Shown: positions 35,636 through 45,838 of the stretch, in pieces
Layout of the letters: every line of letters starts with the position of its first letter
Numbering within the stretch: position 1 is the stretch's first letter
Assembly: GCA_947629465.1 (NCBI GenBank)
Contig: CANRDZ010000001.1
Coordinates: 1 to 46,793, forward strand
Direction: 5' to 3'
From: an uncultured Bacilli bacterium
GTDB taxonomy: Bacteria > Bacillota_I > Bacilli_A > RF39 > UBA660
Length of the DNA: 46,793 nucleotides
The notes under the pieces: generated by a model
The model's database searches: none
Seen by the model: the letters and a program-made list of their open reading frames with translations, nothing else
What the model was told of the DNA's origin: nothing
Translations under genes and position numbers: made by a program

Positions 35636-37534
35636 TTATTTTTCATCTTTTTCTTTACTTGAAGTTGTAGAATCAACTTTAGTTTGTCTTGTTTCTCCTG
35701 TTGCAATCCATCCTTCAAGTTTAGATTCAGTACTCCATTTATATCTATATTTAGTTACTTTTTTAGTAGTCTTAGTTGCATCTATAATTTTACTTGTACC
35801 TTTAACACATTTAGTTTCAGTACCTGAACCAACTTTACTATAACCACTAGGGCAAGTATATTGAGTATCTTTTACAGGATTTTTGGTTTCTTTTCCAGAA
35901 TATACACATTTATTATTGGCATCTTTTGTATATCCTGTAGGACAAGAATATTGAGTATTTTTAATAGGAGAAGTTGTACTTTCATAACTATAATAGCACT
36001 TGTCATTAATTAAATATTGATATGAATATGGACAAGAATATTTAATTTCTTCTCTTAAAGTACCATAAATTGTTGTTGTTCTAGAACATTTAGTATTTTC
36101 ACCACGTCCAGAAATTACATAGCCAACTGGACACTTATAACTTGTTTCAGCAGTGGCATTTTTAGTATCTGTTTTAGTAACAGTTTTAGTACATTTAGTA
36201 TTTGCACCTGAACCAGATGGATTATAACCAGAAGGACATTTATAAGTAGTAGTTTCTTTTGCAGGTACGTCTTTATAAGATGATACAGGACAATAATATT
36301 TATAATATGTTCTTGTACATCCTTTATAATCTGAACAAACATCAGTATATGATCCACTATATGTACATCCATTGTAAGTTTTTCCGTAATAGTATTCATA
36401 AGATTTATAAGTAGCTTTAGTTGAATAAATACGGCAATATTTTTCGTTAACTAATGTTCCTTCTGAACAAGTATAAGATGTTTCAGCAGTGGCATTTTTA
36501 GTTTCAGTTGAGGTTATAGTTTTAGTACATTTAGTATTTGCTCCTGAACCAGATTTATCATAACCATCAGGACAATTATAAGTTGTTGTTTTAGTTGCTG
36601 ATATAGTTTCAGTAGTTGTTTTAGCACATTTAGCTGATGCACCACTACCAATCATTGAATAACCACTATCACATTTATAAATAATTTCTTTTTTAGCATC
36701 TACATAAGATGAACTAGTCATGTAACATTTAGTATTTGCACCACTACCAGAAGCAGTATAACCACTAGGACATGTATAAACAGTAGTAGCAATTGGATCT
36801 TTTACATCACTATAATTTTTATAACATTTAGTATTTTCACCACTACCAGAAGCAGTATAACCACTAGGACATTTATATGTTACATTTTTAGTGGCATCAA
36901 TTGTGTTTTTATCACTTTTAACACATTTAGTACCATCTTTAATGTATCCACTAGGACAACTATATACAGTTTCATAATCAGTATATGATTGTTTAAATCT
37001 ATATTCAGTTATGAATTTTTCAGCATCTTCAGGATTTTGACAGTTGTTACCATTACATAATTGATTACATCCAAGTTCTTCTTCTGTTTTAGCAACTTCA
37101 ATTCCACATACAAGAGTAATAGTTAATTTATATTGACCATTTACATTTGTTACATAAGCATAACTAGCTTCAGTATCACAAGTTTGACCATCTTTATATT
37201 CCCAGGCAAATATTAAACCTTTATTTATTAATTCTTGTAAAGTATATTTTAATGTTTCACCTTCTTTAGGTAATTCACTAATTAAGAAATATTCTTTAAC
37301 AGTATCATGAAAATAACGATATCCTTCTAAATATTCTTTAGAATATGCTTTATTATTAGGAACAACAATATTGTTTCCATTATTATTGTTATTATTGTTA
37401 TTAAAATTTGTATCGTTATTTCTAGCAAATAACCAGATTATGAAGAAAATAACTAATGCAACTAGTAAAATAACAATTCCTTTTTTAATAACAGAACCCC
37501 AATTTATTGAAGTTTTAGTTTCTTCTGTATACAT
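35636..37534 (-). CDS. Membrane-anchored Cys-repeat protein (about 11 copies of Y-x-C-P-x-G-Y-x(n)-K-C)
   Basis: Start at the ATG at 37534, 7 nt after GGAGGT. One TM, an Asn-run linker, then repeats such as YKCPSGYTASGSGENTKC, YTCPSGYTASGSGANTKC, YNCPDGYDKSGSGANTKC, YSCPTGYTKDANNKC. Confidence 0.6.
   Translation of the reverse strand: MYTEETKTSINWGSVIKKGIVILLVALVIFFIIWLFARNNDTNFNNNNNNNNGNNIVVPNNKAYSKEYLEGYRYFHDTVKEYFLISELPKEGETLKYTLQELINKGLIFAWEYKDGQTCDTEASYAYVTNVNGQYKLTITLVCGIEVAKTEEELGCNQLCNGNNCQNPEDAEKFITEYRFKQSYTDYETVYSCPSGYIKDGTKCVKSDKNTIDATKNVTYKCPSGYTASGSGENTKCYKNYSDVKDPIATTVYTCPSGYTASGSGANTKCYMTSSSYVDAKKEIIYKCDSGYSMIGSGASAKCAKTTTETISATKTTTYNCPDGYDKSGSGANTKCTKTITSTETKNATAETSYTCSEGTLVNEKYCRIYSTKATYKSYEYYYGKTYNGCTYSGSYTDVCSDYKGCTRTYYKYYCPVSSYKDVPAKETTTYKCPSGYNPSGSGANTKCTKTVTKTDTKNATAETSYKCPVGYVISGRGENTKCSRTTTIYGTLREEIKYSCPYSYQYLINDKCYYSYESTTSPIKNTQYSCPTGYTKDANNKCVYSGKETKNPVKDTQYTCPSGYSKVGSGTETKCVKGTSKIIDATKTTKKVTKYRYKWSTESKLEGWIATGETRQTKVDSTTSSKEKDEK
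36144..36554. repeat. Two 75-bp related copies 336 bp apart within the Cys-repeat gene
   Basis: 36144..36218 and 36480..36554. They share an identical 23-nt start and a 36-nt end with one mismatch, with a divergent centre. Confidence 0.7.
36723..36872. repeat. Two 51-bp near-identical (50/51) copies exactly 99 bp apart within the Cys-repeat gene
   Basis: 36723..36773 and 36822..36872 (taacatttagtattt[g/t]caccactaccagaagcagtataaccactaggacat). One 33-codon repeat unit. Confidence 0.8.
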
Positions 37535-37548
37535 TATTATTACCTCCT

Positions 37549-39411
37549 TTATCTTGTTAATTCTTGATTTCCGCAAATGCTTTCAAATTCTGGACCAGCT
37601 AAAGCTGTATTTATGATTACTTGAACATCATGTATTTTTCCAAATTTAGCATTATAATCTATAAGAGCTAATTTGTAGTTTGCAAGTTCAAGTTCATAAG
37701 TGGCATTTAATCTATCTATTTCTGTTTGTGATAAACCATTAGTTATAACTGGTTTTACTGGTTCTTCTGGAATTATTGGTGTATTAAGTGGATATAATGG
37801 AGCAATAAATGAATTATATGCTACAAACCAATCAATATAATCAATAACTATGGCATCTTCATTGTAATCTTTATCATTTGTTAAAACTTTTTCTAAATCA
37901 ACATTTGAATATCCAGCAAATGATAATGCAAATATATTAATAAAATTAAATAATTTATCTTGATTTTCTTGAGTTGGATTTGCTAATACATTTTTAGCTA
38001 AACTTCCAAATCTAGTTAAAAATTTATCCATATCTGAACCATCTTTTGCAAAATATTGTAAAGCATCCATTTTGTTAATATCTTCAGTAGTTGGACTATT
38101 AAATAAGAAATTATTAACTATAGGATTAAAAGCAGTATTAAATGATTGAGCTAAATTACCATTATCATATTTATATAAATCTTTATTATCGATAGACATA
38201 ACTACTTTAACGATATCATCAATTGATGCACCTTCATAAAAGTTAGTAGCAGCAATTTTATAAGAACGATTTACAAAATCAACAGCATCTTCAGCAGTTA
38301 CAACATATAAATTAGTTGTATTTTCATAATCTTCTAAATAATCTAAATTAAAATCTTTACAATTAGCATATTTTTCAGCTTCAGGTCTATAAATTGCAAG
38401 TAAAGAATCAATAGTAGCTTTATCAAAATTTTGAACCATTAATACAGATGCATATTCACTATATCCTTTAGTAATTAAAGCTTCAACAGTTGGATCAAGA
38501 GTTTCTATTGGTTTTTCTGGAGTTTGATCATTTGGTGTAGTAAGATTATCGCTTTGAGTTGTATCTTTTTCAGAATTATCTTTTAAACTCTTAATTTCTT
38601 TTTTTATTTGAGAAAGATAACCAACTAAACTTGCAATAGTAGCAATTGTAACTATAGAAGCAGTTAAAGCTTTCCAATTCTTTTTAAACCAATTTGATAA
38701 TTTAGAATTTTCACTTTTTGTGTCTACTTTCTTTTTAATATTTTTGAATTCTTCCATATCATCTAAAACTTCGTCAAAAAGAATATTAAATTTATTTTCA
38801 GTTGCAGTAATAGTTTCAGCTAAATATTTTTTTCTATTTTCATCAGTTTTTGATTTTAAGAAATTCATTAAATTTTCACCAATATAGTGAATATCATCAA
38901 ATTTGTCTTCATATTCAGAAATTCCTTCTAATTGATAATTGATTTTTTCAATTTCATCTTCAGCTTTTTCTAAATCTTCACCTTTTAAAAGACGAATATT
39001 TCTTTGTAAATAATTAAGTCTTTTAGTTAGTTTAACTTTATAAGCATCTAAATCCTTTAAATCTTCTTCACTAATATCGTATTTTCTTTTTAATAAACTT
39101 AAATTATCTTTGTCTTCATTATTTAGTATACTAGCAATATCAGCTTTAATAGCAGTTGCTTTTTGATCACCAAATTTTAAATTTTCAAGTTCATCTAATT
39201 TATCAAGAATTTCTTGATAATTAAATAAATATGAAACTCTTTTTCTCATTTTTTCAAGTTGTTGAATAAGTTTATCAAGTTTTTCTAATTTTTTCTCCCT
39301 TTTTTTAGAATCGCTATTTTCAATTTCACTTTTTTGTTCATAAGCTGCAATTATTGTTTCGCTTAAATCGTTTGTATAAATTTCTAATTGTTTAATAAAT
39401 TCACTATTCAT
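37549..39411 (-). CDS. Bitopic membrane protein: about 260-aa cytoplasmic coiled coil, one TM, about 330-aa extracytoplasmic domain of unknown function
   Basis: Start at the ATG at 39411, 7 nt after GGGGGA. Heptad-rich Lys/Glu N-terminus, TM ALTASIVTIATIASLVGYL. The stop overlaps the RBS of the downstream Cys-repeat gene. Confidence 0.5.
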   Translation of the reverse strand: MNSEFIKQLEIYTNDLSETIIAAYEQKSEIENSDSKKREKKLEKLDKLIQQLEKMRKRVSYLFNYQEILDKLDELENLKFGDQKATAIKADIASILNNEDKDNLSLLKRKYDISEEDLKDLDAYKVKLTKRLNYLQRNIRLLKGEDLEKAEDEIEKINYQLEGISEYEDKFDDIHYIGENLMNFLKSKTDENRKKYLAETITATENKFNILFDEVLDDMEEFKNIKKKVDTKSENSKLSNWFKKNWKALTASIVTIATIASLVGYLSQIKKEIKSLKDNSEKDTTQSDNLTTPNDQTPEKPIETLDPTVEALITKGYSEYASVLMVQNFDKATIDSLLAIYRPEAEKYANCKDFNLDYLEDYENTTNLYVVTAEDAVDFVNRSYKIAATNFYEGASIDDIVKVVMSIDNKDLYKYDNGNLAQSFNTAFNPIVNNFLFNSPTTEDINKMDALQYFAKDGSDMDKFLTRFGSLAKNVLANPTQENQDKLFNFINIFALSFAGYSNVDLEKVLTNDKDYNEDAIVIDYIDWFVAYNSFIAPLYPLNTPIIPEEPVKPVITNGLSQTEIDRLNATYELELANYKLALIDYNAKFGKIHDVQVIINTALAGPEFESICGNQELTR

Positions 39412-39488
39412 AATATAATCCCCCTTCATGAATACGGCGTTTATGATACCATAAAACTCATCTATTGTCAATAGTAACTTCTTAATCC

Positions 39489-40616
39489 TTATTTTAAACT
39501 CTTTAAATGCACTGGTTTATTACTATTTTCAAATAAAACTACTTTATTTTTACTTATTAATTCATATACTTTAGCACTTATTAATTCATATTTATAAATA
39601 AGAGAGTCTTTATTAATTGTTAAAGGTATTTGTAAATCTTTTTTAATTTTATTTAAATATTTTTGACCATTATTATTAAATCCTAAAACTTTAATATAAT
39701 CTAAAGTTAATTTTTGATTATCTTTTTTAGTAAATCCTATTAAAATATGAATAAACATTCTTCTTAAACGGTTATAAGTGTATCTTTTAGATTTAGTCAT
39801 TTCTATTAATTCATCTAAACTATGACATTTATTAATAATCTTTTTTAAGCGATTTTCAATTCCTTCTGAAACATCTTGATAAATATTTAAATTGTCATCA
39901 GTAATAATCTTATATTTAAGATATGAAAAGTAATCATCTAAAGAAATGTTTTCAATATAATCTAATGAACATGTTGGTACATATTTAGTTATGTCTTTAT
40001 TATCTTTTAATTTAACTCTTATATTTGTGGCGCTTACTATATTGGTATCTTCTAAAGTATCTAAATAATTATTAGTTCTTTTAATTGAAATAGGATTAAT
40101 TTGATAATTATTTAATTTTATAGCTTTTAAATAAGAAATTCCAAGTAAATCATTGGGGAGAAAGTTAAAGTTGATATTTAAAGCTTTTGCTAAAGCAGTT
40201 GGATAATTATATCCTTCTTTTAAATAATTTTTAATATCTTTTTGATATTTTTCACTTTCAATATAAGTATATTCACTTATTTTTTGTAAAATTTCTAAAT
40301 TGTTTGATTCACTACCAAATACTAAATATTGACATTTTAATTCATTTAAGATTTTAAGACTAATACTAGCAAATGTATCAGCACTTTGAGTTCCAAAAAC
40401 AAAAGGTAGTTCAATAACTAAATCAATACCATTTAATAAAGCAATTTTAGTTTTGTTTTCTTTAGAAATAATTGAAATTTCCCCACGTTCTAAAAAATAA
40501 CCATTTAAGATAAGAATAATAAGTGAATTAGGAAATAATTCTTTAATCTTTTTTAAATGGTAAATATGTCCATTATGAAATGGATTATATTCACAAATAA
40601 TACCAATAATATCCAT
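39489..40616 (-). CDS. tmcAL: tRNA(Met) cytidine acetate ligase TmcAL (YlbM/UPF0348 nucleotidyltransferase)
   Basis: GIICEYNPFHNGHIYHLKK N-terminus (HxGH-type), about 375 aa. Confidence 0.8.
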   Translation of the reverse strand: MDIIGIICEYNPFHNGHIYHLKKIKELFPNSLIILILNGYFLERGEISIISKENKTKIALLNGIDLVIELPFVFGTQSADTFASISLKILNELKCQYLVFGSESNNLEILQKISEYTYIESEKYQKDIKNYLKEGYNYPTALAKALNINFNFLPNDLLGISYLKAIKLNNYQINPISIKRTNNYLDTLEDTNIVSATNIRVKLKDNKDITKYVPTCSLDYIENISLDDYFSYLKYKIITDDNLNIYQDVSEGIENRLKKIINKCHSLDELIEMTKSKRYTYNRLRRMFIHILIGFTKKDNQKLTLDYIKVLGFNNNGQKYLNKIKKDLQIPLTINKDSLIYKYELISAKVYELISKNKVVLFENSNKPVHLKSLK

Positions 40617-40713
40617 ATAAAATCACAGATTCACTATAACATATTTCTTTCTTTTTGGAAACAATTTATTGCTATTAAAAAAACTTTTGGTATAATTAAA
40701 AACAGGTGATTAA

Positions 40714-41571
40714 ATGATAATTTGTGTTGTAGGTCCAACTGGAGTAGGTAAAACTAAACTTAGCATTATGCTAGCTAAACATTATAATGGGGTAGTAGTA
40801 AATGCTGATGCTTGTCAAATATATAAAGAACTTAATATAGGTAGTGCTAAAGTAAAAGAAGAAGAAAAAGAAGGAATAAAACATCTTCTTTTCGATATAA
40901 AGAGTCCAAAAGATGATTATAGTGTTTGTGACTATCAAAAAGATTTAAGAAAAGTTTTAGAAGATTATAAAGATTCTAATATTATTTTAGTGGGGGGAAC
41001 AGGACTATATATTAAAGCAGGATTATTTGATTATAGTTTTAGTGAAATTGAAAAAAAAGATTATAGTAATTTTACTAATGAAGAATTATATAAAATGTGT
41101 TTAGAAATTGATGAAAATATAAAAATAGATAAAAATAATCGAAGAAGATTAGAAAATTTTTTAAATAGAAAAGATAAAAAAATTAAAAATCCTATACCTT
41201 TATATGATGTAGTTTATATAGGTCTTACAACAAATAGAAATAAATTATATAGTATAATTAATGAAAGAGTAGATAAGATGTTTGATGAAGGTCTTTTAGA
41301 AGAAGTTAAAGAACTTTATATAAAATATCCGCAAGCTAATATATTGCAAAGAGCAATTGGTTATAAAGAAATTATCTCTTATTTAAATGGTTCTATTTCA
41401 TTAGAAGAGGCAAAAGAATTAATCAAAAAAAATACTCGTCATTATGCTAAAAGACAATATACTTGGTTTAATAATCAATTAAATGTTTGTTGGTTTAATA
41501 CTGATTTTACTGATTTTAATAAAACGTATGAAGAGGTTATTAATTATTTAGAAAATATTATTTTAAAATAA
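40714..41571 (+). CDS. miaA: tRNA dimethylallyltransferase MiaA
   Basis: P-loop VVGPTGVGKTKLS, ILVGGTGLY, RHYAKRQYTWF. Confidence 0.9.
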   Translation: MIICVVGPTGVGKTKLSIMLAKHYNGVVVNADACQIYKELNIGSAKVKEEEKEGIKHLLFDIKSPKDDYSVCDYQKDLRKVLEDYKDSNIILVGGTGLYIKAGLFDYSFSEIEKKDYSNFTNEELYKMCLEIDENIKIDKNNRRRLENFLNRKDKKIKNPIPLYDVVYIGLTTNRNKLYSIINERVDKMFDEGLLEEVKELYIKYPQANILQRAIGYKEIISYLNGSISLEEAKELIKKNTRHYAKRQYTWFNNQLNVCWFNTDFTDFNKTYEEVINYLENIILK

Positions 41572-41628
41572 TCTATTGACTAGTAAAAAAATATAGATTA
41601 AAATTTAGTTAATAGAATAGGTGAATAT

Positions 41629-42015
41629 ATGAAGGGTAGAAATTTTTTAATTGCTATTTTGATGGTTGTTGAAGCTTGTTCTCTTTTTTTGATGTATAAA
41701 AGTAGTAATAATAAAAATGCTGAACCAGTCGTTTTGGAAAATGTTGTATATAATGATAGTAGTATAAAATTTGTATATATGTTAGAACAAAATAGGGGAA
41801 TGGAAGATTATCTTAAATCATATGTTAATAATTGGCCTAGTGATATATATCAATATGATGAATTTAAATCTAATTGTTTAAATTATGATAATGAAAAAAT
41901 TGCCGATGCTTTAAGTTATAATTTGGAAAATAATTTAGTTATTTTAAATTCTAATATAGCTAAAATATGTTATTTATATTTTAATAAAAAAGAAAATACT
42001 AATCAGTTGGATTAG
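41629..42015 (+). CDS. Hypothetical membrane-anchored protein
   Basis: 128 aa, one N-terminal TM. No recognisable motif. Confidence 0.35.
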   Translation: MKGRNFLIAILMVVEACSLFLMYKSSNNKNAEPVVLENVVYNDSSIKFVYMLEQNRGMEDYLKSYVNNWPSDIYQYDEFKSNCLNYDNEKIADALSYNLENNLVILNSNIAKICYLYFNKKENTNQLD

Positions 42016-42967
42016 TATTTTTAAATTCTTGATAATATATAGTTTTAAAATTATGAGCTTCAACTTTAACTTGACCTTCATCAGCTTTTTTTAATTCTTC
42101 ATTATTTACTAAAAAATACTTATGATGAATATAATCTTTACCATCATTTGCTACAGGATCATCCCAAGTTAAATCTAAATGTAACCATTCATCATCAATT
42201 TTAACGGCATTCCAAACATGGCCATCTGATTCATTATTAGTATCTTTACTAGTAGTACCTATTTTATAATTTTGATAACCTAATTTAGATAATATAATAG
42301 CCATTAAATCAGCATATCCATTACAAGTAGCATACCCTTCAATAGCTGGTCCATATGCTATATAGGATGTATATTTACTAGTTCCTGTTTCGTTTCTTTC
42401 AATATCATATTTTGTATGGTTTATAATATAATCATGAATTCTTTTTAAATTTTCAAAATCATCATCATCTTTTTTATATAAGTCTTTAATTAAATTATCA
42501 ACAAATTCATTTATAGTTTTTATTTCATCTTCAGTATATATATATTCGACGTTTATAGTTATTTCTCCTGATTCTGTTCGTGAAGCATGAAGAGGATTTT
42601 TAATGGTATGATAAGGGTGAACATAGTTATTAATATGGGTTAAAATTTCTTCAGAATTCATAATTTGAGAATAATCATCTAAACAATTTTCATATTCATT
42701 TGGACAATAAAAAGTAAATTCACTCCATCCTTGATTTAGGACACTATAAAAAATATTTAATAAATCTTGATAAGAGTAGGGAATATATTCTTTACTATTT
42801 TGAATATATAAAAAATCATAGTCTTTAGTATATTCATCACCTTTTTCAATCGTTAAAACTGGTTTATTAGAGATCGTTTTCGATAAAAAATTAGTTATTT
42901 TATTTGCATTTAATAATATGATAATAATAAAAATATAGCATATTAGAGGAATAATATATTTTTTCAT
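41999..42967 (-). CDS. Transglutaminase-like (Cys-His-Asp) domain protein, membrane-anchored
   Basis: GYATCNGYADLMAIIL (Cys), DGHVWNAV (His), HLDLTWDD (Asp). N-terminal TM. Confidence 0.7.
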   Translation of the reverse strand: MKKYIIPLICYIFIIIILLNANKITNFLSKTISNKPVLTIEKGDEYTKDYDFLYIQNSKEYIPYSYQDLLNIFYSVLNQGWSEFTFYCPNEYENCLDDYSQIMNSEEILTHINNYVHPYHTIKNPLHASRTESGEITINVEYIYTEDEIKTINEFVDNLIKDLYKKDDDDFENLKRIHDYIINHTKYDIERNETGTSKYTSYIAYGPAIEGYATCNGYADLMAIILSKLGYQNYKIGTTSKDTNNESDGHVWNAVKIDDEWLHLDLTWDDPVANDGKDYIHHKYFLVNNEELKKADEGQVKVEAHNFKTIYYQEFKNTNPTD

Positions 42968-43014
42968 TACACACCTTCTATGACAATTTTATCAAAAAAA
43001 AATAAAGTAGTAAA

Positions 43015-43278
43015 CTACTTCATATTTTTAATTTTAGCATTTAATCTTTGTTTTTCACGATTAACTTTATTTTCTTTAATTAAACCTTTTTGATAAGCTT
43101 TATCAATAGTTTCTTGTAAATCTTTAAAAACTTTTGTTGCACCTTCAACATTAGAAGAGGCAATTTCTTTTTCACAAGCTTTAATTAAATTTTTAACTTT
43201 TGCTTTTAGTTCATGATTGGCATCTGTTTTTTTTGCAATTACTTTAACAGCTTTTTTAGAACTTTTGATATTTGGCAT
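43015..43278 (-). CDS. rpsT: 30S ribosomal protein S20
   Basis: MPNIKSSKKAVKV... basic helical 87-aa protein. Confidence 0.9.
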   Translation of the reverse strand: MPNIKSSKKAVKVIAKKTDANHELKAKVKNLIKACEKEIASSNVEGATKVFKDLQETIDKAYQKGLIKENKVNREKQRLNAKIKNMK

Positions 43279-43436
43279 GTAATCCCTCCTTAAAAATTCA
43301 TATTAATTTTATCAAAAAATATGTTATAGTGCAAGTAATTCTTGTATTTATATTAATTTTTACTAAATGTTAATAATTCCTTATCATTCGACATAATATA
43401 TAGAAAAATATATTTATAATGTAATTGGTGAGTAAT

Positions 43437-44348
43437 ATGAGAAAATTTAAAACTCGTAAAAAAATAAATATGTTTATTATTTATATAGGATTATTTTTAG
43501 TTAGTATGGGGCTTTCAATAAAATATTTATATAGTAATAATTTGATTAATAATAATACTATTATTGATTATCTTATTGCTGATAATTTTTCTTATGAAGA
43601 TATTAATAGTGTTGATTTTTTATTAAAATATGCTCTTAATATAAATATAATTAAAGATAAAGAAACAAATATAGAAGATGATATTAGTAAGCCTTTAGAA
43701 GTTCCTTTAAAACCTGATACTTCTTTAAAACCTATTGTTTATATTTATAATACTCACCAAGAGGAAAAATACGAAAGTCCTTATTTAGGAGCATATAATA
43801 TTGCTACTAACGTATTATTAGCAAGTAAAATGTTAAAAGAATATTTGGAAGATGAAGGAATTGGAAGTTATGTTGAAGAAGAAAATATTACTAATATGAT
43901 TCACGCTCTTAATTTAAAATATAAAAATAGTTATGAAGTTAGTAGAATGCTTTTAGAAAGGAGAAAAAGTGAAATAGATACTTTAAAATATTTTATAGAT
44001 TTACATCGAGATAGTAGTGCTTATTCGAAAACAACGGCCCAAATTGATGGGGTTAGCTATGCAAAAATTTTATTGGTGGTTGGATTAGAACATGATCAGT
44101 ATGAAATAAATTTAGAAAAAGCAAATATTATTGCTTCAAAAATTGAAGCTTTTAATCCATTATTATTTAGAGGAATTTCTAAAAAAAGTGGAGAAGGAGT
44201 AAATGGTATTTACAATCAAGATTTTGATCCTAATACTTTATTAATTGAAGTAGGAGGACAATATAATAATATTAGTGAAATAAATAATACGCTAAAAGTT
44301 CTTTCTAAAATTTTAGCTGAATTTATAAAGGAAAATGAAAATGAATAA
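43437..44348 (+). CDS. spoIIP: Stage II sporulation protein P (SpoIIP amidase/endopeptidase)
   Basis: VYIYNTHQEEKY, IDLHRDS, ILLVVG, LLIEVGG motifs. The track ORF starts at a TTG at 43425; the ATG at 43437 is preferred. Confidence 0.85.
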   Translation: MRKFKTRKKINMFIIYIGLFLVSMGLSIKYLYSNNLINNNTIIDYLIADNFSYEDINSVDFLLKYALNINIIKDKETNIEDDISKPLEVPLKPDTSLKPIVYIYNTHQEEKYESPYLGAYNIATNVLLASKMLKEYLEDEGIGSYVEEENITNMIHALNLKYKNSYEVSRMLLERRKSEIDTLKYFIDLHRDSSAYSKTTAQIDGVSYAKILLVVGLEHDQYEINLEKANIIASKIEAFNPLLFRGISKKSGEGVNGIYNQDFDPNTLLIEVGGQYNNISEINNTLKVLSKILAEFIKENENE

Positions 44349-44667
44349 AAAGAAAAAAATGCATCCGATATTAAAAATTATATGTGCTTTATTTGTTGTT
44401 TTTATAGCACTTTATATTGCTAGTTTTAGTGGATATTATGAAAGTAGAATTAGAAATAAAGTAGCTATTACTAATGAAAGTATTAAAGAATTTGAAGAAA
44501 AAATAAATAATGGAGAAGTTATTAATTTAGATTCATATCTACAGAATGAAATTGAAGATTATAGTAATCCTGTATCTAAATTGGGAGATAATATTACGAC
44601 GGGAATTGAAAAAGTAGTTACAGAAGGTTCAAAGATTGTTGTTAACATTCTTAAATCACTCTTTTAA
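44335..44667 (+). CDS. Small membrane protein, YqxA-like by position (downstream of spoIIP)
   Basis: 110 aa, one TM. Its position after spoIIP mirrors B. subtilis spoIIP-yqxA. The sequence is not diagnostic. Confidence 0.4.
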   Translation: MKMNKKKKMHPILKIICALFVVFIALYIASFSGYYESRIRNKVAITNESIKEFEEKINNGEVINLDSYLQNEIEDYSNPVSKLGDNITTGIEKVVTEGSKIVVNILKSLF

Positions 44668-44695
44668 AAATATATATTTTATAGTATAATATTAA

Positions 44696-45838
44696 ATGGA
44701 AAGTAGGGTTTTAAAGGTGAAAGTATTATGTATTGGTAAATCATGTATAGAAACTACTTGTGTTATTAATGAAAGACTTGAAGAAGGTAAAACTATTACG
44801 ATTGAAAATAAGACAGAATGTAGTGGAGGACTGATAGGAAATATTGCCTATTTATTAGGTAAATGGGGGGCTGAAGTTTATATTGCAAGTATGCTTGGTG
44901 CTGATGATGGTGCGACTAAAATAAAAAAGGATTTTGAAACTATAGGTGTTAAAACTGATTATATTGAAACAAGTTTTGATAAAAAAACAGCTCAAATTAT
45001 TTCAATTGTTAACGAAACAACAAAAAATAAAACAATATTAGATATTGTTACTAATTCTTTTTTAAAAAAGTATTCATTTGGAATAGAACCAGATGTTATA
45101 GTTAGTGATGGTAATGATTTTAATGCATTAGTTTCAGCATATGATAGATATCCTAAAGTTCCGTCTTATTTAGTAGTAACTCATACTAATAGTGAAATGT
45201 TAGAACTTTGTAAATATGGTGGTACTTTAATTATTAATAAAGGAGCTGCTGAAACTATAAGTGGAATGAAATTTGATTATAATAATAGTGCAACATTAGT
45301 AAATATTTATAATAAATTAAAACAAAGATTTAGTAAATCAGAAATAATTATTACTTTAAAAGAAAGAGGATCATTATATTCTATAAATGGTCAAGTAAAA
45401 ATAATGCCGACAATTACAACTGCAATTGTTGATACAAATGGTGCTAAAGATACTTTTGTAGGAGCTTTTGTTTATGGAATGGGTCGTAATTTTGGATTAG
45501 AAAAATCAATTGCCTATGCTACAATTGCGGCTTCTATTAGTACAACTAGATTAACTAGTAGAAATTCAATTCCATCATTAACAGAAGTATCTACTTATTA
45601 TGATTCTAAATTTGGACCACAAAATAATCCAAATAATGATAATACTAATACCCAAACCGGTACAACTGAAAATAATAAAGAAACTACTAGTGAGCCAGCA
45701 AATCAAACGGTTTCAGTTTCTAACCCAGTAGAAACGCCAGAAAATAAAGTTGAACAAACAAGTTCTCCTTCTTTTGAAAACCAAGAAAAAAGTGAAAATG
45801 ATGATGGTAATGGGGCAGTAAATCTAAATGTTAACTAG
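44696..45838 (+). CDS. PfkB/ribokinase-family carbohydrate kinase with a low-complexity C-terminal tail
   Basis: GG motif (CSGGLIGNIAY) and DTNGAKDTFVGAF (variant of the DTxGAGD anion-hole motif). About 80 aa of Asn/Thr/Glu/Pro-rich tail. Confidence 0.7.
   Translation: MESRVLKVKVLCIGKSCIETTCVINERLEEGKTITIENKTECSGGLIGNIAYLLGKWGAEVYIASMLGADDGATKIKKDFETIGVKTDYIETSFDKKTAQIISIVNETTKNKTILDIVTNSFLKKYSFGIEPDVIVSDGNDFNALVSAYDRYPKVPSYLVVTHTNSEMLELCKYGGTLIINKGAAETISGMKFDYNNSATLVNIYNKLKQRFSKSEIIITLKERGSLYSINGQVKIMPTITTAIVDTNGAKDTFVGAFVYGMGRNFGLEKSIAYATIAASISTTRLTSRNSIPSLTEVSTYYDSKFGPQNNPNNDNTNTQTGTTENNKETTSEPANQTVSVSNPVETPENKVEQTSSPSFENQEKSENDDGNGAVNLNVN

Noticed and set aside
37371-37440. Asn-run region (GTT/ATT repeats encoding NNNNNNNNGNN) as a simple-sequence contingency locus
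   Set aside because: The tract is an imperfect codon mix rather than a homopolymer or perfect short repeat. A length change would stay in frame only by multiples of 3. There is no evidence of phase variation.
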